NCBI GenBank assembly: GCA_028713155.1 | Contig: JAQTPA010000003.1 | Location: 13,966-77,965 of the forward strand | DNA from: Candidatus Omnitrophota bacterium | GTDB taxonomy: Bacteria; Omnitrophota; Gorgyraeia; Gygaellales; Profunditerraquicolaceae | Direction: 5' to 3' | Length of the DNA: 64,000 nucleotides | Part shown: positions 11,024-20,477 of the stretch, piece after piece | How positions within the stretch are numbered: the stretch's first letter is position 1 | How the letters are laid out: the number at the start of each line of letters is the position of its first letter | The notes under the pieces: model-generated | The model's input: the letters and a program-made list of their open reading frames with translations, nothing else | Told to the model about the DNA's origin: nothing | The model's database searches: none | Made by a program: the position numbers and the translations under genes

Positions 11024-11907
11024 AAGAATTGATTGATACTTTCCTGAATTATCTGTCCGTAGAGCGCGGATTATCCAATAATACGATTATCTCTTACCGG
11101 GAAGACTTAAACACCTACCTGGATTTTATTGAAAAGAGCGATATCGATGCCCTCTCTAAAATATCCAAAAATAATATCACCAATTTTATGTTTGCCCAGA
11201 AAGAAAAAGGAATCGGGGCAAATTCCATTGCCCGGCGCCTGGCGGCAATAAGGATGTTCCACCGTTTTCTTACGCGGGAAAGGATTTTAAAGAGCGACCC
11301 TAGCACCTTGATCGAATCGCCTAAGTTATGGAAGAGGGTTCCGGAGACGCTCTCTTTGAATGAAGTAGAGGCTTTGATTGCCCAGCCGAATGTACGGGAT
11401 ATCCAGGGTATAAGGGATAAGGCTATTTTAGAGACGCTTTATGCTACGGGTATGCGCGTATCGGAAGCGGTGAACCTCAAAAAGGATAATGTAAATTTAG
11501 ATATCGGATTTTTACGCTGTATCGGTAAAGGCGCTAAGGAGAGAGTTATCCCCTTGGGTAAGAAGGCAATAGCCGGCATAAAAAGGTATCTGGATATTTC
11601 CCGGCCTGAGCTTTTAAAAAATAAAGAATCGGAATTTTTATTCGTCAGCCGTTTCGGCAGGAAGATCTCCCGGCAATCATTCTGGAAGATTATTAAAAAA
11701 TATGCCCGGGCCGCAGCCATCAAGAAGCCGATCAAGCCGCACATTTTAAGGCATTCATTTGCCACGCATCTGCTTGAGCACGGAGCGGACCTGCGTTCAG
11801 TCCAGGAGATGCTCGGGCATTCGAATATTTCTACAACCCAGATTTATACGCATATAAATAAGGATAGGTTAAAGAGCGTGCATAAACAATTTCATCCCAG
11901 GCCCTAA
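11020..11907 (+). CDS. xerD: Tyrosine site-specific recombinase XerC/XerD family
   Basis: N-terminal SAM-like domain (LSNNTIISYREDL) and C-terminal catalytic R...HxxR...Y (LGHSNISTTQIYTH). The housekeeping context argues for a dimer-resolution recombinase, not a phage integrase. XerC versus XerD cannot be resolved from sequence. Confidence 0.75.
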   Translation: MKELIDTFLNYLSVERGLSNNTIISYREDLNTYLDFIEKSDIDALSKISKNNITNFMFAQKEKGIGANSIARRLAAIRMFHRFLTRERILKSDPSTLIESPKLWKRVPETLSLNEVEALIAQPNVRDIQGIRDKAILETLYATGMRVSEAVNLKKDNVNLDIGFLRCIGKGAKERVIPLGKKAIAGIKRYLDISRPELLKNKESEFLFVSRFGRKISRQSFWKIIKKYARAAAIKKPIKPHILRHSFATHLLEHGADLRSVQEMLGHSNISTTQIYTHINKDRLKSVHKQFHPRP

Positions 11908-11919
11908 TAAATACTATAA

Positions 11920-13203
11920 ATGAAGAGGAATACGATGAAGAAATATCTGGGGAAAATACCGGAAGAACTTCAGGGTTTATTAAATAAGGTGCATAATATT
12001 GCCGCAAGGAAGAATACTGAGGCCTATCTTGTAGGCGGATTTGTGCGCGACTTGATCCTGGGCGTTAAGAATTTAGACTTGGATATAGTTATTGAAGGAG
12101 ACGGTATTGGGTTAGCCCAGGATTTCGCAAGTTCTCTCGGAGTAAAGATTACTGTCCACCGGCAATTCGGCACAGCTACGGTTTTTGTCCGGCCGGGACT
12201 GAAAGTAGATTTTTCCAGCAGCCGCCAGGAACATTATCCTTCTCCGGCGCACCTGCCGTTGGTTAAAGGGGGTTCGCTTAAGGATGATTTAAACCGGCGC
12301 GATTTTACGCTTAATGCCATGGCCATAAGCTTGAAAGACGGGAAGCTAGTGGATTATTTTGGCGGCCTGAATGACCTGCGGCATAAGGTTATCCGCGTAT
12401 TACATCCTTTAAGTTTTATTGACGACCCGACGCGGATATTCCGAGCGATACGTTTTGAACAGAGGTATAATTTTAAAATTGAACCGGAGAGCCTCAAGCT
12501 TTTAAGGCAAGCAGTCCGGTTAAAAATGCTGGAGCGCATTCATCCGCACAGGACGCGCGATGACCTGGTCCTGATACTTAAGGAAAAAAATCCGGTTAAA
12601 GAGATAAAGCGTATAGAAAAATTAGCGGGTTTTGATTTTATCTTACCACAGCTGAAAATTATCCCGAAAACTTACGCGCTTTTAAAAGCCATCAAGAGGG
12701 AAATCGGTTATTTCCATAAAAACTATACCGGACGCAGGCCCCTGGATACCTGGGTAATTTATCTTATGGGATTATTGGAGTCCCTGGACGCAAAAAAAAT
12801 CAAAAATATTTGCGCTAAATTTGGCTTACGCAAAGGGGAAGAAAAGAGGCTGTTAAGCTATAAGCGCTCCCAGGGCCGTTTCCTCACAGACCTAAGCAGG
12901 GCCAGTATTGCACCGGCAAGAATTTTTGCTTTACTTGAGCCGTTAAGTTATGAAACTATCCTCGCGCTCAGGGCAAAATATAATAATCCTGTATTTAAGC
13001 GCAATATTACGGATTTTCTGGATATTTATAACGGTATGCGTATCTCTGTTTCCGGAGACGATCTGGCCGGGTTAGGTGTTTTGCCCGGGCCAAGATACCG
13101 GAAGATATTCACACAAGTTTTAAAAGCCAAGCTCAATGGCCAGGTCAGGAATAAAGAAGAGGAGCTGGCGCTGATTAAGCAGCTATTAAGAAAGAGGAGT
13201 TGA
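11920..13203 (+). CDS. cca: tRNA nucleotidyltransferase (CCA-adding) / poly(A) polymerase family, class II head domain
   Basis: GGFVRDLILG...DLDIV matches the polymerase-beta nucleotidyltransferase head. No HD domain is present. Confidence 0.72.
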   Translation: MKRNTMKKYLGKIPEELQGLLNKVHNIAARKNTEAYLVGGFVRDLILGVKNLDLDIVIEGDGIGLAQDFASSLGVKITVHRQFGTATVFVRPGLKVDFSSSRQEHYPSPAHLPLVKGGSLKDDLNRRDFTLNAMAISLKDGKLVDYFGGLNDLRHKVIRVLHPLSFIDDPTRIFRAIRFEQRYNFKIEPESLKLLRQAVRLKMLERIHPHRTRDDLVLILKEKNPVKEIKRIEKLAGFDFILPQLKIIPKTYALLKAIKREIGYFHKNYTGRRPLDTWVIYLMGLLESLDAKKIKNICAKFGLRKGEEKRLLSYKRSQGRFLTDLSRASIAPARIFALLEPLSYETILALRAKYNNPVFKRNITDFLDIYNGMRISVSGDDLAGLGVLPGPRYRKIFTQVLKAKLNGQVRNKEEELALIKQLLRKRS

Positions 13204-13207
13204 TTAA

Positions 13208-13594
13208 ATGTCTAGACAGGATAAAGTGTCCGAGGCGATCCGGCAGGAAGCGAGCGTGATTATTCACGATAAATTAAAAGACCCGCGTTTAGGTTTTATA
13301 ACTATTACGAATGTTGAAATAACACAGGATTTAAGATATGCCAAGATTTTTTTCAGCGTCCTGGGTAACGATGCTGCCCATAAGAATACAAAAGAAGCCC
13401 TGGATTCGGCTTTGGGGTTTGTGCGGAAATTAATCGCCCAGAGGTTAAATTTAAGGTTTGCGCCCGAAATTGCTTTTTACGAAGACAGGTCTAGCGAATA
13501 CAGCGTGCGCATAGAAGAGGTCTTGAACGAAATAAAGGAGATCGATGAGCAGAATAAACCTAAAAAAAGCCGCCGCCGCAATAAAAAAGTATAA
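13208..13594 (+). CDS. rbfA: Ribosome-binding factor A
   Basis: R..RV.E.I..E...I.....KDPRLGF.TIT.VE...DL..A.V..S matches the RbfA KH-like domain. Confidence 0.85.
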   Translation: MSRQDKVSEAIRQEASVIIHDKLKDPRLGFITITNVEITQDLRYAKIFFSVLGNDAAHKNTKEALDSALGFVRKLIAQRLNLRFAPEIAFYEDRSSEYSVRIEEVLNEIKEIDEQNKPKKSRRRNKKV

Positions 13595-14525
13595 TCGTTT
13601 TTTAATCAGTGCCCATACCAGCCCCGAAGGAGACGCCTTAGGCTCCGAGTTAGGCCTTTATTATTTACTCAAGAAGCTGGGTAAGCAAGCGGTTATTGTT
13701 AATGAAGACCCTTTGCCGTCGGAGTACTTTTTTCTGCCGGGAAAAGAGAGTATAAAGCTTTACCGGCCTGCTCTTAAAGACATTAATTTTGATTGCGCGG
13801 TTATTCTTGATTGTACGGATTTAGGCCGCACCGGAGAAGTGTCTAAGCTAATCAACAATACTTTGTCCGTTGTTAACATAGACCACCACATAAGCAATAA
13901 AAAATTCGGCACCGTTGATTGGGTTGACCCTAAATCCTCTTCGGCTTCAGAGATGGTTTTCAGGCTCTATAAAGAAATGCACGTGCCCTTTGACGCGGAC
14001 GCAGCCCTGTTGTTATATGTGGGCATGATGACAGATACGGGGTCATTCCGTTACTCTAATACCAGTGTTTTTACGCATAAGGCGGCAGGGGAATTATTAC
14101 GTTTTGGTTTGGATGTTCCCTTGGTCTATAGGAACATCTACGAAAAAATCCCTTTTACGGATATTCAGTTGTTAATTAAAACGCTCTTACATATACACCG
14201 CACATCCGGAGGAAAGATTGCCTGGGTTGAACTTCCCGCTAGGCTACTCAGGCATAAAAAATTATCCTTTGATTTAACCGACCATATCTTGAGTTTTATC
14301 CGGGGGATAAAAGACATCCAGGCCGCAGCGTTATTTAAAGAAAACCTGGGGGTAAAAAATGAGATCCGGGTTAACTTAAGATCAACGGGCTTAGTTGACG
14401 TGAATAAAGTCGCTCAAGCCTTCGGAGGCGGGGGGCACCGAACCGCTTCCGGCTGCACCGTAAGCGGCAAGCTTGCGGATGTGCGCAAAAAAGTCATTGC
14501 CAAGATACGCCAGGACCTAAAATAA
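13545..14525 (+). CDS. nrnA: DHH/DHHA1 phosphoesterase, NrnA-like oligoribonuclease / pAp phosphatase
   Basis: DHH motif (NIDHHISN) and C-terminal DHHA1 GGGGH. Overlaps rbfA by 50 nt, and there is no alternative in-frame start. Confidence 0.75.
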   Translation: MSRINLKKAAAAIKKYNRFLISAHTSPEGDALGSELGLYYLLKKLGKQAVIVNEDPLPSEYFFLPGKESIKLYRPALKDINFDCAVILDCTDLGRTGEVSKLINNTLSVVNIDHHISNKKFGTVDWVDPKSSSASEMVFRLYKEMHVPFDADAALLLYVGMMTDTGSFRYSNTSVFTHKAAGELLRFGLDVPLVYRNIYEKIPFTDIQLLIKTLLHIHRTSGGKIAWVELPARLLRHKKLSFDLTDHILSFIRGIKDIQAAALFKENLGVKNEIRVNLRSTGLVDVNKVAQAFGGGGHRTASGCTVSGKLADVRKKVIAKIRQDLK

Positions 14526-14528
14526 ATT

Positions 14529-15431
14529 ATGAAAATAATTCATGGCATAAATAATATCGGAAAAATCAAGAAGCCGGTGGTGGCCCTCGGGGTTTTTGAC
14601 GGCGTGCACCGCGGGCACCGCAGGATATTAAAGGCTGCCGCGCATAAAGCGCATACCATAGGCGGGACAAGCGTTGTCCTTACTTTCTGTCCGCATCCGC
14701 AAAAACAAGCCAGTCTCTATTCGCTGGAGCACCGTTTGCGCCTCATCGCCGAACTGGGGATTGATATCTGCGTGGTGATTAATTTTACCGGTAGTTTTGC
14801 CGGGATCCCGGCCGAAGATTTTATAAAAAATATTTTGGCGGGCAGAATCGGCGCAAAATATGTTTATGTCGGCAAAGATTTTCGCTTTGGCAGAAAGGCC
14901 CAAGGAGATTTTAACCTCTTAAAAATAATAGGGGAAGACTATGGTTTCAAGGGCCGGGGCATTAATATTATTAAAGTGCAGGGCCGGGCAATAAGCAGCA
15001 CCTTAATCCGCAGGTTAATAAAGAGAGGGGATATAGGGCAGGCAGAAAGATTATTATCCCGTCCGGTGAGTATTTTAGGGACGGTGATCAAAGGCACCGC
15101 TGTGGGCAGGATATTGGGTTTTCCGACGGCAAATATCAATCCTCACCATGAGGTCATTCCGGCTGCGGGAATATACGCCGTAAGGATAATTTTCGGCGGG
15201 GATAAGCTTAAGGGTGCCTGTTATATCGGCCAGAGGCCTACGCTTGAGCTAAAGAATAAAAAGGTGCACATTGAAGTGCATATATTTAATTTTAAAAAAA
15301 ATATCTACGGGAAGTATCTTGAGATCCAGTTTGCGAAAATGGTCCGGACGGACAGGAGATTTGCTTCCCTGGCGCTTTTGGCCGGGCAAATCAAGAAAGA
15401 CATAGTTCTCTGCAAAAGAATCCTCGCTTAA
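14529..15431 (+). CDS. ribF: Bifunctional riboflavin kinase / FMN adenylyltransferase
   Basis: N-terminal FAD synthetase signature (GVFDGVHRGH) and a C-terminal riboflavin kinase domain. Confidence 0.88.
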   Translation: MKIIHGINNIGKIKKPVVALGVFDGVHRGHRRILKAAAHKAHTIGGTSVVLTFCPHPQKQASLYSLEHRLRLIAELGIDICVVINFTGSFAGIPAEDFIKNILAGRIGAKYVYVGKDFRFGRKAQGDFNLLKIIGEDYGFKGRGINIIKVQGRAISSTLIRRLIKRGDIGQAERLLSRPVSILGTVIKGTAVGRILGFPTANINPHHEVIPAAGIYAVRIIFGGDKLKGACYIGQRPTLELKNKKVHIEVHIFNFKKNIYGKYLEIQFAKMVRTDRRFASLALLAGQIKKDIVLCKRILA

Positions 15432-15518
15432 GCCACCCCCAATACCACAATATATAGCCAATTCACCCGGTAATATCCACTACTTCTTGTTTTAGAACAA
15501 TTTAGGTAAATTTTTTTC

Positions 15519-15547
15519 TTGACAAAACAGGGTATTTTATCTATACT
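15519..15547 (+). promoter_or_regulatory. Pmra-like sigma70 promoter of the dcw cluster (TTGACA-17-TATACT)
   Basis: TTGACA at 15519-15524 and TATACT at 15542-15547, about 70 nt upstream of mraZ. Confidence 0.6.
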
Positions 15548-15557
15548 TTGACTATTA

Positions 15558-15583
15558 AGTGGATGGAAGTGGATTAAAGTGGA
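15558..15583 (+). promoter_or_regulatory. Candidate MraZ operator: three direct AGTGGA repeats at 10-bp spacing
   Basis: AGTGGA at 15558-15563, 15568-15573 and 15578-15583, immediately downstream of the -10 element. MraZ operators in other bacteria are arrays of GTGG-type direct repeats with helical periodicity. Confidence 0.5.
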
Positions 15584-15615
15584 GCCTGCCTACCGGCAGG
15601 CAGGGAGCTTAAGCC

Positions 15616-16053
15616 ATGTTCTATGGCGAGTATCTGCATTCTATAGACCGCAAAGGGCGTTTAATATTGCCTGCCAAATTTCGCGAAGCAGCCAAGGCGC
15701 ATTTCGTGGAAAAATTCTTTGTGACCCGGGGATTAGATAATTGCCTTTTTATGCTCAGCGAAGAAGAGTGGCGGGCTCAGGAATCCAAATTTAAATCCAT
15801 ATCTTTCACCAAAGCTGAATCGCGTAAATTTAACCGTCTTTATTTTTCCGGCGCTGTCGAAGTAAATTTTGATACGCAAGGAAGAATCCTCTTGCCGCAA
15901 TACTTAAAAGATTTTGCCGAGATTAAAAAAGATGTGGTTATCGTCGGAGTTTCTAACCGCATTGAGATTTGGGCTAAAGATAAGTGGTCAGAGTTTTATG
16001 GAAATTCCCGGCAGTCTTTTGAAGAGATTGCCGAGAAATTGATGGATGTCTAA
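15616..16053 (+). CDS. mraZ: Transcriptional regulator MraZ
   Basis: MFYGEY..S.D.KGR..LPAKFR, duplicated DXXXR halves, 145 aa. First gene of the dcw cluster. Confidence 0.9.
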   Translation: MFYGEYLHSIDRKGRLILPAKFREAAKAHFVEKFFVTRGLDNCLFMLSEEEWRAQESKFKSISFTKAESRKFNRLYFSGAVEVNFDTQGRILLPQYLKDFAEIKKDVVIVGVSNRIEIWAKDKWSEFYGNSRQSFEEIAEKLMDV

Positions 16054-16948
16054 CTTAAAATTTCACACTCCCGTGATGTTAGGGGAGGTTTTGGATTATT
16101 TAGATTTAAAACCCGGCAAGACAATTGTAGACGCAACCTTAGGTACTGCCGGGCACGCTAAAGCAATATTAGAGCGGATTCTCCCTGGAGGAAGGCTCAT
16201 TGGTATTGACCGCGATGCCACATCTTTAGCGGTCGGCCGCCAACGCCTGAGTGAATTTGGGTCCGCCTGTGAATTAGTCCACGGAAATTTCGTGGAGATA
16301 AATACGCTCTTAGAAAATCTGAAAGTCAAAAAAGTTGACGGAGTGCTTTTTGACTTGGGGATATCTTCCTTTCAGCTTCAGGACGCCAGAAGGGGCTTTA
16401 GTTTCCAGAATGAAGGCCCGTTAGATATGCGTATGGACCAGGATAGCTATGTCTCGGCATACGACCTGGTGAATAACCTGAACGAAGAAGAGCTTTCCAC
16501 CTTATTGTGGAACTTCGGAGAAGAGAGGTGGCATAACCGTATCGCCCATATCCTGGTGCAGGAAAGAGAAAGGGAGCCGATTACTACCACAACGCAGCTG
16601 GCCGATATCGCAGCCAGATCCATACCGGCCAGGTACAGGCATAGGTTTTATCGGATACATCCGGCCACCCGCACTTTTCAGGCAGTACGCATTGCCGTTA
16701 ATAGAGAGCTGGAGGTGCTGGATACGGCAGTAAATAAAGCCATTATGCTCCTTGAAAAGAAGGGCAGGGTATGCGTTATTACGTTCCACTCTTTGGAAGA
16801 CCGCGCGATAAAGTTTGCGTTCCGTAAAGCCCAAAGCGAGGGACTGATAGATATCCTGACACCTAAACCTTTAACGCCGCTGGCGTTGGAAGTGGAGAGT
16901 AACCCGGCCAGCCGCTCTTCAAAACTAAGGGCGGCAAAAAGGATTTAA
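16046..16948 (+). CDS. rsmH: 16S rRNA (cytosine1402-N4)-methyltransferase
   Basis: HTPVMLGEVL, DATLGTAGHA and GIDRD SAM-binding motifs. Confidence 0.9.
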   Translation: MSNLKFHTPVMLGEVLDYLDLKPGKTIVDATLGTAGHAKAILERILPGGRLIGIDRDATSLAVGRQRLSEFGSACELVHGNFVEINTLLENLKVKKVDGVLFDLGISSFQLQDARRGFSFQNEGPLDMRMDQDSYVSAYDLVNNLNEEELSTLLWNFGEERWHNRIAHILVQEREREPITTTTQLADIAARSIPARYRHRFYRIHPATRTFQAVRIAVNRELEVLDTAVNKAIMLLEKKGRVCVITFHSLEDRAIKFAFRKAQSEGLIDILTPKPLTPLALEVESNPASRSSKLRAAKRI

Positions 16949-16954
16949 AAAGAA

Positions 16955-17323
16955 ATGAAACTGAATAAATTTTTATCCATGATTGTCTGCGTAACCCTTT
17001 TTTCGCTGCTTTATGTTTACCAGCAGACCGAAATCCTAAGGCTGGCTTATTCCGAACAAAGGCAATATGCGGTCTTCCAGAAGTTGTTGGATAGGAACAG
17101 CATTCTAAGGTATAATATTGAAAAGAACTGTTCATTGGTAAATATCGGCGGCAGTGTATCCAATAGTTCAGATTTCCAGATGCCCGATAAATACCAGTTA
17201 GCAAGGCTAGTCCCTTCTAAGGAAGGGGTTACTTTTACTCAAGGGGCAGCAAATAAAGAGACTCTGTTGGCGCGTATCTTTGGTATTAAAAGGCAGGCCG
17301 AAGCCAGGACCATCAACCCGTAG
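16955..17323 (+). CDS. ftsL: Cell division protein FtsL-like
   Basis: Small bitopic protein (single TM, then a coiled coil) in the conserved position between rsmH and ftsI. Confidence 0.6.
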   Translation: MKLNKFLSMIVCVTLFSLLYVYQQTEILRLAYSEQRQYAVFQKLLDRNSILRYNIEKNCSLVNIGGSVSNSSDFQMPDKYQLARLVPSKEGVTFTQGAANKETLLARIFGIKRQAEARTINP

Positions 17324-17344
17324 ATTTATTAATCAAAACTTAAT

Positions 17345-19063
17345 GTGTATATAAGCAATTATCGCCGCAAGGCTGAGGCGGTATTTCTATTTTTCCTCGC
17401 TTTTCTAATTTTTTGCATTGCGCGCCTGCTTTACATCCAGTTCTTCAATTCCACCTACCTATCCGGTATTGCCAGGAAACAACACAATCTTTTTGTAGAA
17501 TTGGAGCCTGTGCGCGGAGTTATCTATGATTGTAATTTAAAACCGCAGACTTTGAATTTACCTGCGCCTTCACTTTATGCTTCACCCAACACTATAAAAG
17601 ATAGCGATAAAGAACGCATTATTGCTGCACTCCCCGGAATATTGAATATGGACCAGGATTATCTAAGGGGCAGGTTAGCGCGTAAAAAATATTTTGTCTG
17701 GCTGGCCCGCAAAATAACCCCTCAGGAGGAAGCGGCAGTAAAAAAATTAAATATTAAAGGATTGGGTTTTTTGAGAGAAACCAAGCGCAGCTATCCGAAT
17801 ACCTACCTGGCCAGCCAGATCATCGGTTTTGCCGGCTTGGATAATACCGGTTTAGAAGGTATCGAGCTTTACCTGGATAAATATTTAAAAGGCGCTCCGG
17901 GCTGGGCGATATTTTTACGGGACGCGCGGCAGAAAAAATTGGATATTTGGGAGAAGATGGTCCTGCCCAGGGACGGAAATGATATAGTTTTAACTATTGA
18001 CCAGGTGATTCAGTATATTGCCGAACGCGAACTGGATAAGGCCTTCAAAACCTACCATGCCAAAGGCGCAAGCATTGTTGTTATGGATCCGCACACAGGA
18101 AAGATCCTGGCTTTAGCCAACCGGCCTACGTATGATTTAAATGAGCATAGTAATGTAAGCAAGGACCAGACGCGTGACCGGGCCATCTGTGATTTATTTG
18201 AGCCGGGCTCAGTATTTAAAATCGTTACTGCTTCAGCTGCGCTGGAGGAGAAGAGGGTTGGTGAAGAAGACAAGTTTTTCTGCGAAAACGGGTCTTATCG
18301 CGTGGCTAACCACACCTTGCATGACCATAAGCCGCACGGGTGGCTCACCTTTAGAGAGGTAATTGAAGAATCCAGTAATATCGGCACGACTAAAGTCGCC
18401 CAGTTACTGGGGCCGAATACCGTATATAAGTATGTAAGATTATTCGGTTTCGGCTCTAAGTTGGGGATAGATTTACCGGGAGAGATATCCGGGATGATTA
18501 AGGAGCCGCGTTTTTGGTCTAAGACTTCCATAGGCGCGGTCCCCATCGGCCAGGAGGTAGGCGTAACCGCGCTGCAGCTGGTCAGCGCTATTTCCGTGAT
18601 CGCCAACGGCGGCCAGTTGATGCGCCCATTTGTGATAGAAGAAATCCGCGACAAGCAGGGGAAAGTAATCAAAAGAACGTCTCCGGTATTAATCCGTAAG
18701 GTCATATCCCTGGAAACTGCCTCCAGGATGACCAAGATACTCACCGGCGCAGTGGAAGAGGGTACCGGGAGAATGGCCCAGGTTCCCGGATTTACCGCTG
18801 CTGGAAAAACCGGAACCGCCCAGAAGTTAGAGCCCAACGGCGCATATTCACATAATAAATTCGTGGCTTCCTTTATCGGTTTTGCGCCTGCCGAAGACCC
18901 TTTAGTTGCTATCGTAGTGTCGGTAGACGAGCCGCATCCGTATTATTTCGGAGGCGTAGTCGCTGCTCCGGTGTTCAAGAATGTTGCTGCCGATGTGGTA
19001 AGATACCTAAAAACCAAACAGTCCTTGGCCGAAGACTTAAATGCAAATCGCAGAGCTCGTTAA
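17345..19063 (+). CDS. ftsI: Peptidoglycan D,D-transpeptidase FtsI (PBP3)
   Basis: N-terminal TM helix, PBP dimerisation domain, and transpeptidase motifs SVFK, SSN, KTGT. GTG start is inferred. Confidence 0.85.
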   Translation: MYISNYRRKAEAVFLFFLAFLIFCIARLLYIQFFNSTYLSGIARKQHNLFVELEPVRGVIYDCNLKPQTLNLPAPSLYASPNTIKDSDKERIIAALPGILNMDQDYLRGRLARKKYFVWLARKITPQEEAAVKKLNIKGLGFLRETKRSYPNTYLASQIIGFAGLDNTGLEGIELYLDKYLKGAPGWAIFLRDARQKKLDIWEKMVLPRDGNDIVLTIDQVIQYIAERELDKAFKTYHAKGASIVVMDPHTGKILALANRPTYDLNEHSNVSKDQTRDRAICDLFEPGSVFKIVTASAALEEKRVGEEDKFFCENGSYRVANHTLHDHKPHGWLTFREVIEESSNIGTTKVAQLLGPNTVYKYVRLFGFGSKLGIDLPGEISGMIKEPRFWSKTSIGAVPIGQEVGVTALQLVSAISVIANGGQLMRPFVIEEIRDKQGKVIKRTSPVLIRKVISLETASRMTKILTGAVEEGTGRMAQVPGFTAAGKTGTAQKLEPNGAYSHNKFVASFIGFAPAEDPLVAIVVSVDEPHPYYFGGVVAAPVFKNVAADVVRYLKTKQSLAEDLNANRRAR

Positions 19064-20477
19064 ATTAATAAAAAATCAGGAAATCAGCGGTTTAAGTTCT
19101 AATTCCCGGCTGGTTAGGAAAAATTCCATTTTTGTGGCTGTCAAGGGGAGCCGAAAAGACGGGAGCAGGTTTATTAATGAAGCGGTGGACAGGGGAGCGA
19201 AGTTTGTGGTCTGCGATGCAGGAGTAAAAGTAAACCGCTTTAAACCAGCGGAATTTATAAGAGTAAAAAATACGCGTTTGGCCCTGGCTGGATTAGCTAG
19301 CCAGTTTTACCGCAATCCATCCCGCAAGGTCAAGGTTATCGGGATTACCGGGACTAACGGCAAGACTACCATTACTTATCTGCTTGAGGCGATTTTGAAA
19401 GAAGCAAAATTTTCTTCCGGCGTAATCGGCACGATTAATTATCGTTTTAAGGATAAAGTCATTCCGGCAAAGAACACAACGCCCGGGCCGGTAGAGCTTC
19501 AATCTATACTGGCGCGTATGGAAAAAGAAAAAATCAAATACGCGGCAGTGGAGGTCTCCTCGCATGCTTTAGACCAGGAACGGGTTGGCCAGGTGCATTT
19601 CCATTCGGCGATATTTACCAACTTGACCCGGGATCACCTGGACTATCATAGGACCCTGGAAGGGTATTTTAAGGCCAAGCTGAAATTATTTAGAAATCTC
19701 AGTTTAAGCTCGTTCGCCGTAATTAATAATGACAACAGGTATGCGGGCAGGATTAAAAAGGTTACTTGCGCTAAAATAATTACCTATGGGATAGATAATA
19801 AAGCGGAAGTGTTAGCCAGGGATATTAAGTTTGACGTCAGGCATACGGAGTTTAAGCTTTTATTCTGCGGGAGAGAGATAAAATTCCGGATAAATTTAAT
19901 CGGCAGGCACAATGTTTATAATACTTTAGCCAGCATTGCCTGGGCGCTTAAGGCAGGCATCAGTTTAAAAGTTATTAAATCCGCCTTGGAAAATTTTTCT
20001 CTTGTTCCGGGGAGGCTGGAACGGATAAATTCTCCAAAAGGTTTTTGCGTATTTGTTGATTACGCGCATACCGATGACGCCCTGAAAAATGCCCTTACTG
20101 CCTTAAGGCAGTTGTCCCCCAAAAGAATCATTACGCTTTTTGGCTGCGGCGGGGAGCGCGATAGGCTCAAGCGGCCTAAAATGGGCAGGGTGGTAACCGC
20201 TCTATCGGATTTTGCAGTAATTACCAGCGACAACCCCCGTTCGGAAGATCCGGCGGGTATAATCAGGGATATCCGCAGAGGCATAAAAAAGAATAATTAT
20301 TGCGCAATCCCTGACCGGAAAAGAGCGATTCAGAAAGTCCTGTCACTGGCCGGCAGGGGCGATATCGTATTATTGGCGGGCAAGGGCCATGAAAATTATC
20401 AGGTCTTAAAAGCTAAGGCCATACACTTTGATGACCGGAAGGAAGTCAGGAGATGTTTAAAGTTTCCGAATTATTAA
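19041..20477 (+). CDS. murE: UDP-N-acetylmuramoyl-L-alanyl-D-glutamate--2,6-diaminopimelate ligase
   Basis: GITGTNGKTT P-loop and a DNPR motif (TSDNPRSEDP) indicating meso-DAP specificity. Confidence 0.9.
   Translation: MQIAELVKLIKNQEISGLSSNSRLVRKNSIFVAVKGSRKDGSRFINEAVDRGAKFVVCDAGVKVNRFKPAEFIRVKNTRLALAGLASQFYRNPSRKVKVIGITGTNGKTTITYLLEAILKEAKFSSGVIGTINYRFKDKVIPAKNTTPGPVELQSILARMEKEKIKYAAVEVSSHALDQERVGQVHFHSAIFTNLTRDHLDYHRTLEGYFKAKLKLFRNLSLSSFAVINNDNRYAGRIKKVTCAKIITYGIDNKAEVLARDIKFDVRHTEFKLLFCGREIKFRINLIGRHNVYNTLASIAWALKAGISLKVIKSALENFSLVPGRLERINSPKGFCVFVDYAHTDDALKNALTALRQLSPKRIITLFGCGGERDRLKRPKMGRVVTALSDFAVITSDNPRSEDPAGIIRDIRRGIKKNNYCAIPDRKRAIQKVLSLAGRGDIVLLAGKGHENYQVLKAKAIHFDDRKEVRRCLKFPNY

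Noticed and set aside
11020-11907. Tyrosine recombinase as a marker of an integrated mobile element
   Set aside because: Flanking genes are core housekeeping (MBL hydrolase, cca, rbfA) with no att-like repeats, phage genes or compositional shift. It is most likely the chromosomal XerC/D dimer-resolution recombinase.
13545-13594. 50-nt overlap between rbfA and nrnA, possibly indicating a frameshift or mis-called start
   Set aside because: There is no alternative in-frame ATG/GTG/TTG downstream in nrnA, and the N-terminus (LKKAAAAIKKYNRFLI) looks like a genuine NrnA start. The rbfA tail is a lysine/arginine-rich extension. This is most likely a genuine overlap.
15048-15083. Inverted repeat CCGTCC...GGACGG containing the 9-mer TAGGGACGG shared with the ribH-upstream palindrome, inside ribF
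   Set aside because: It lies within the coding sequence and encodes conserved RibF residues (LSRPVSILGTVIKG); it is probably a chance match. It is mentioned only as a caveat for the palindrome-family finding.
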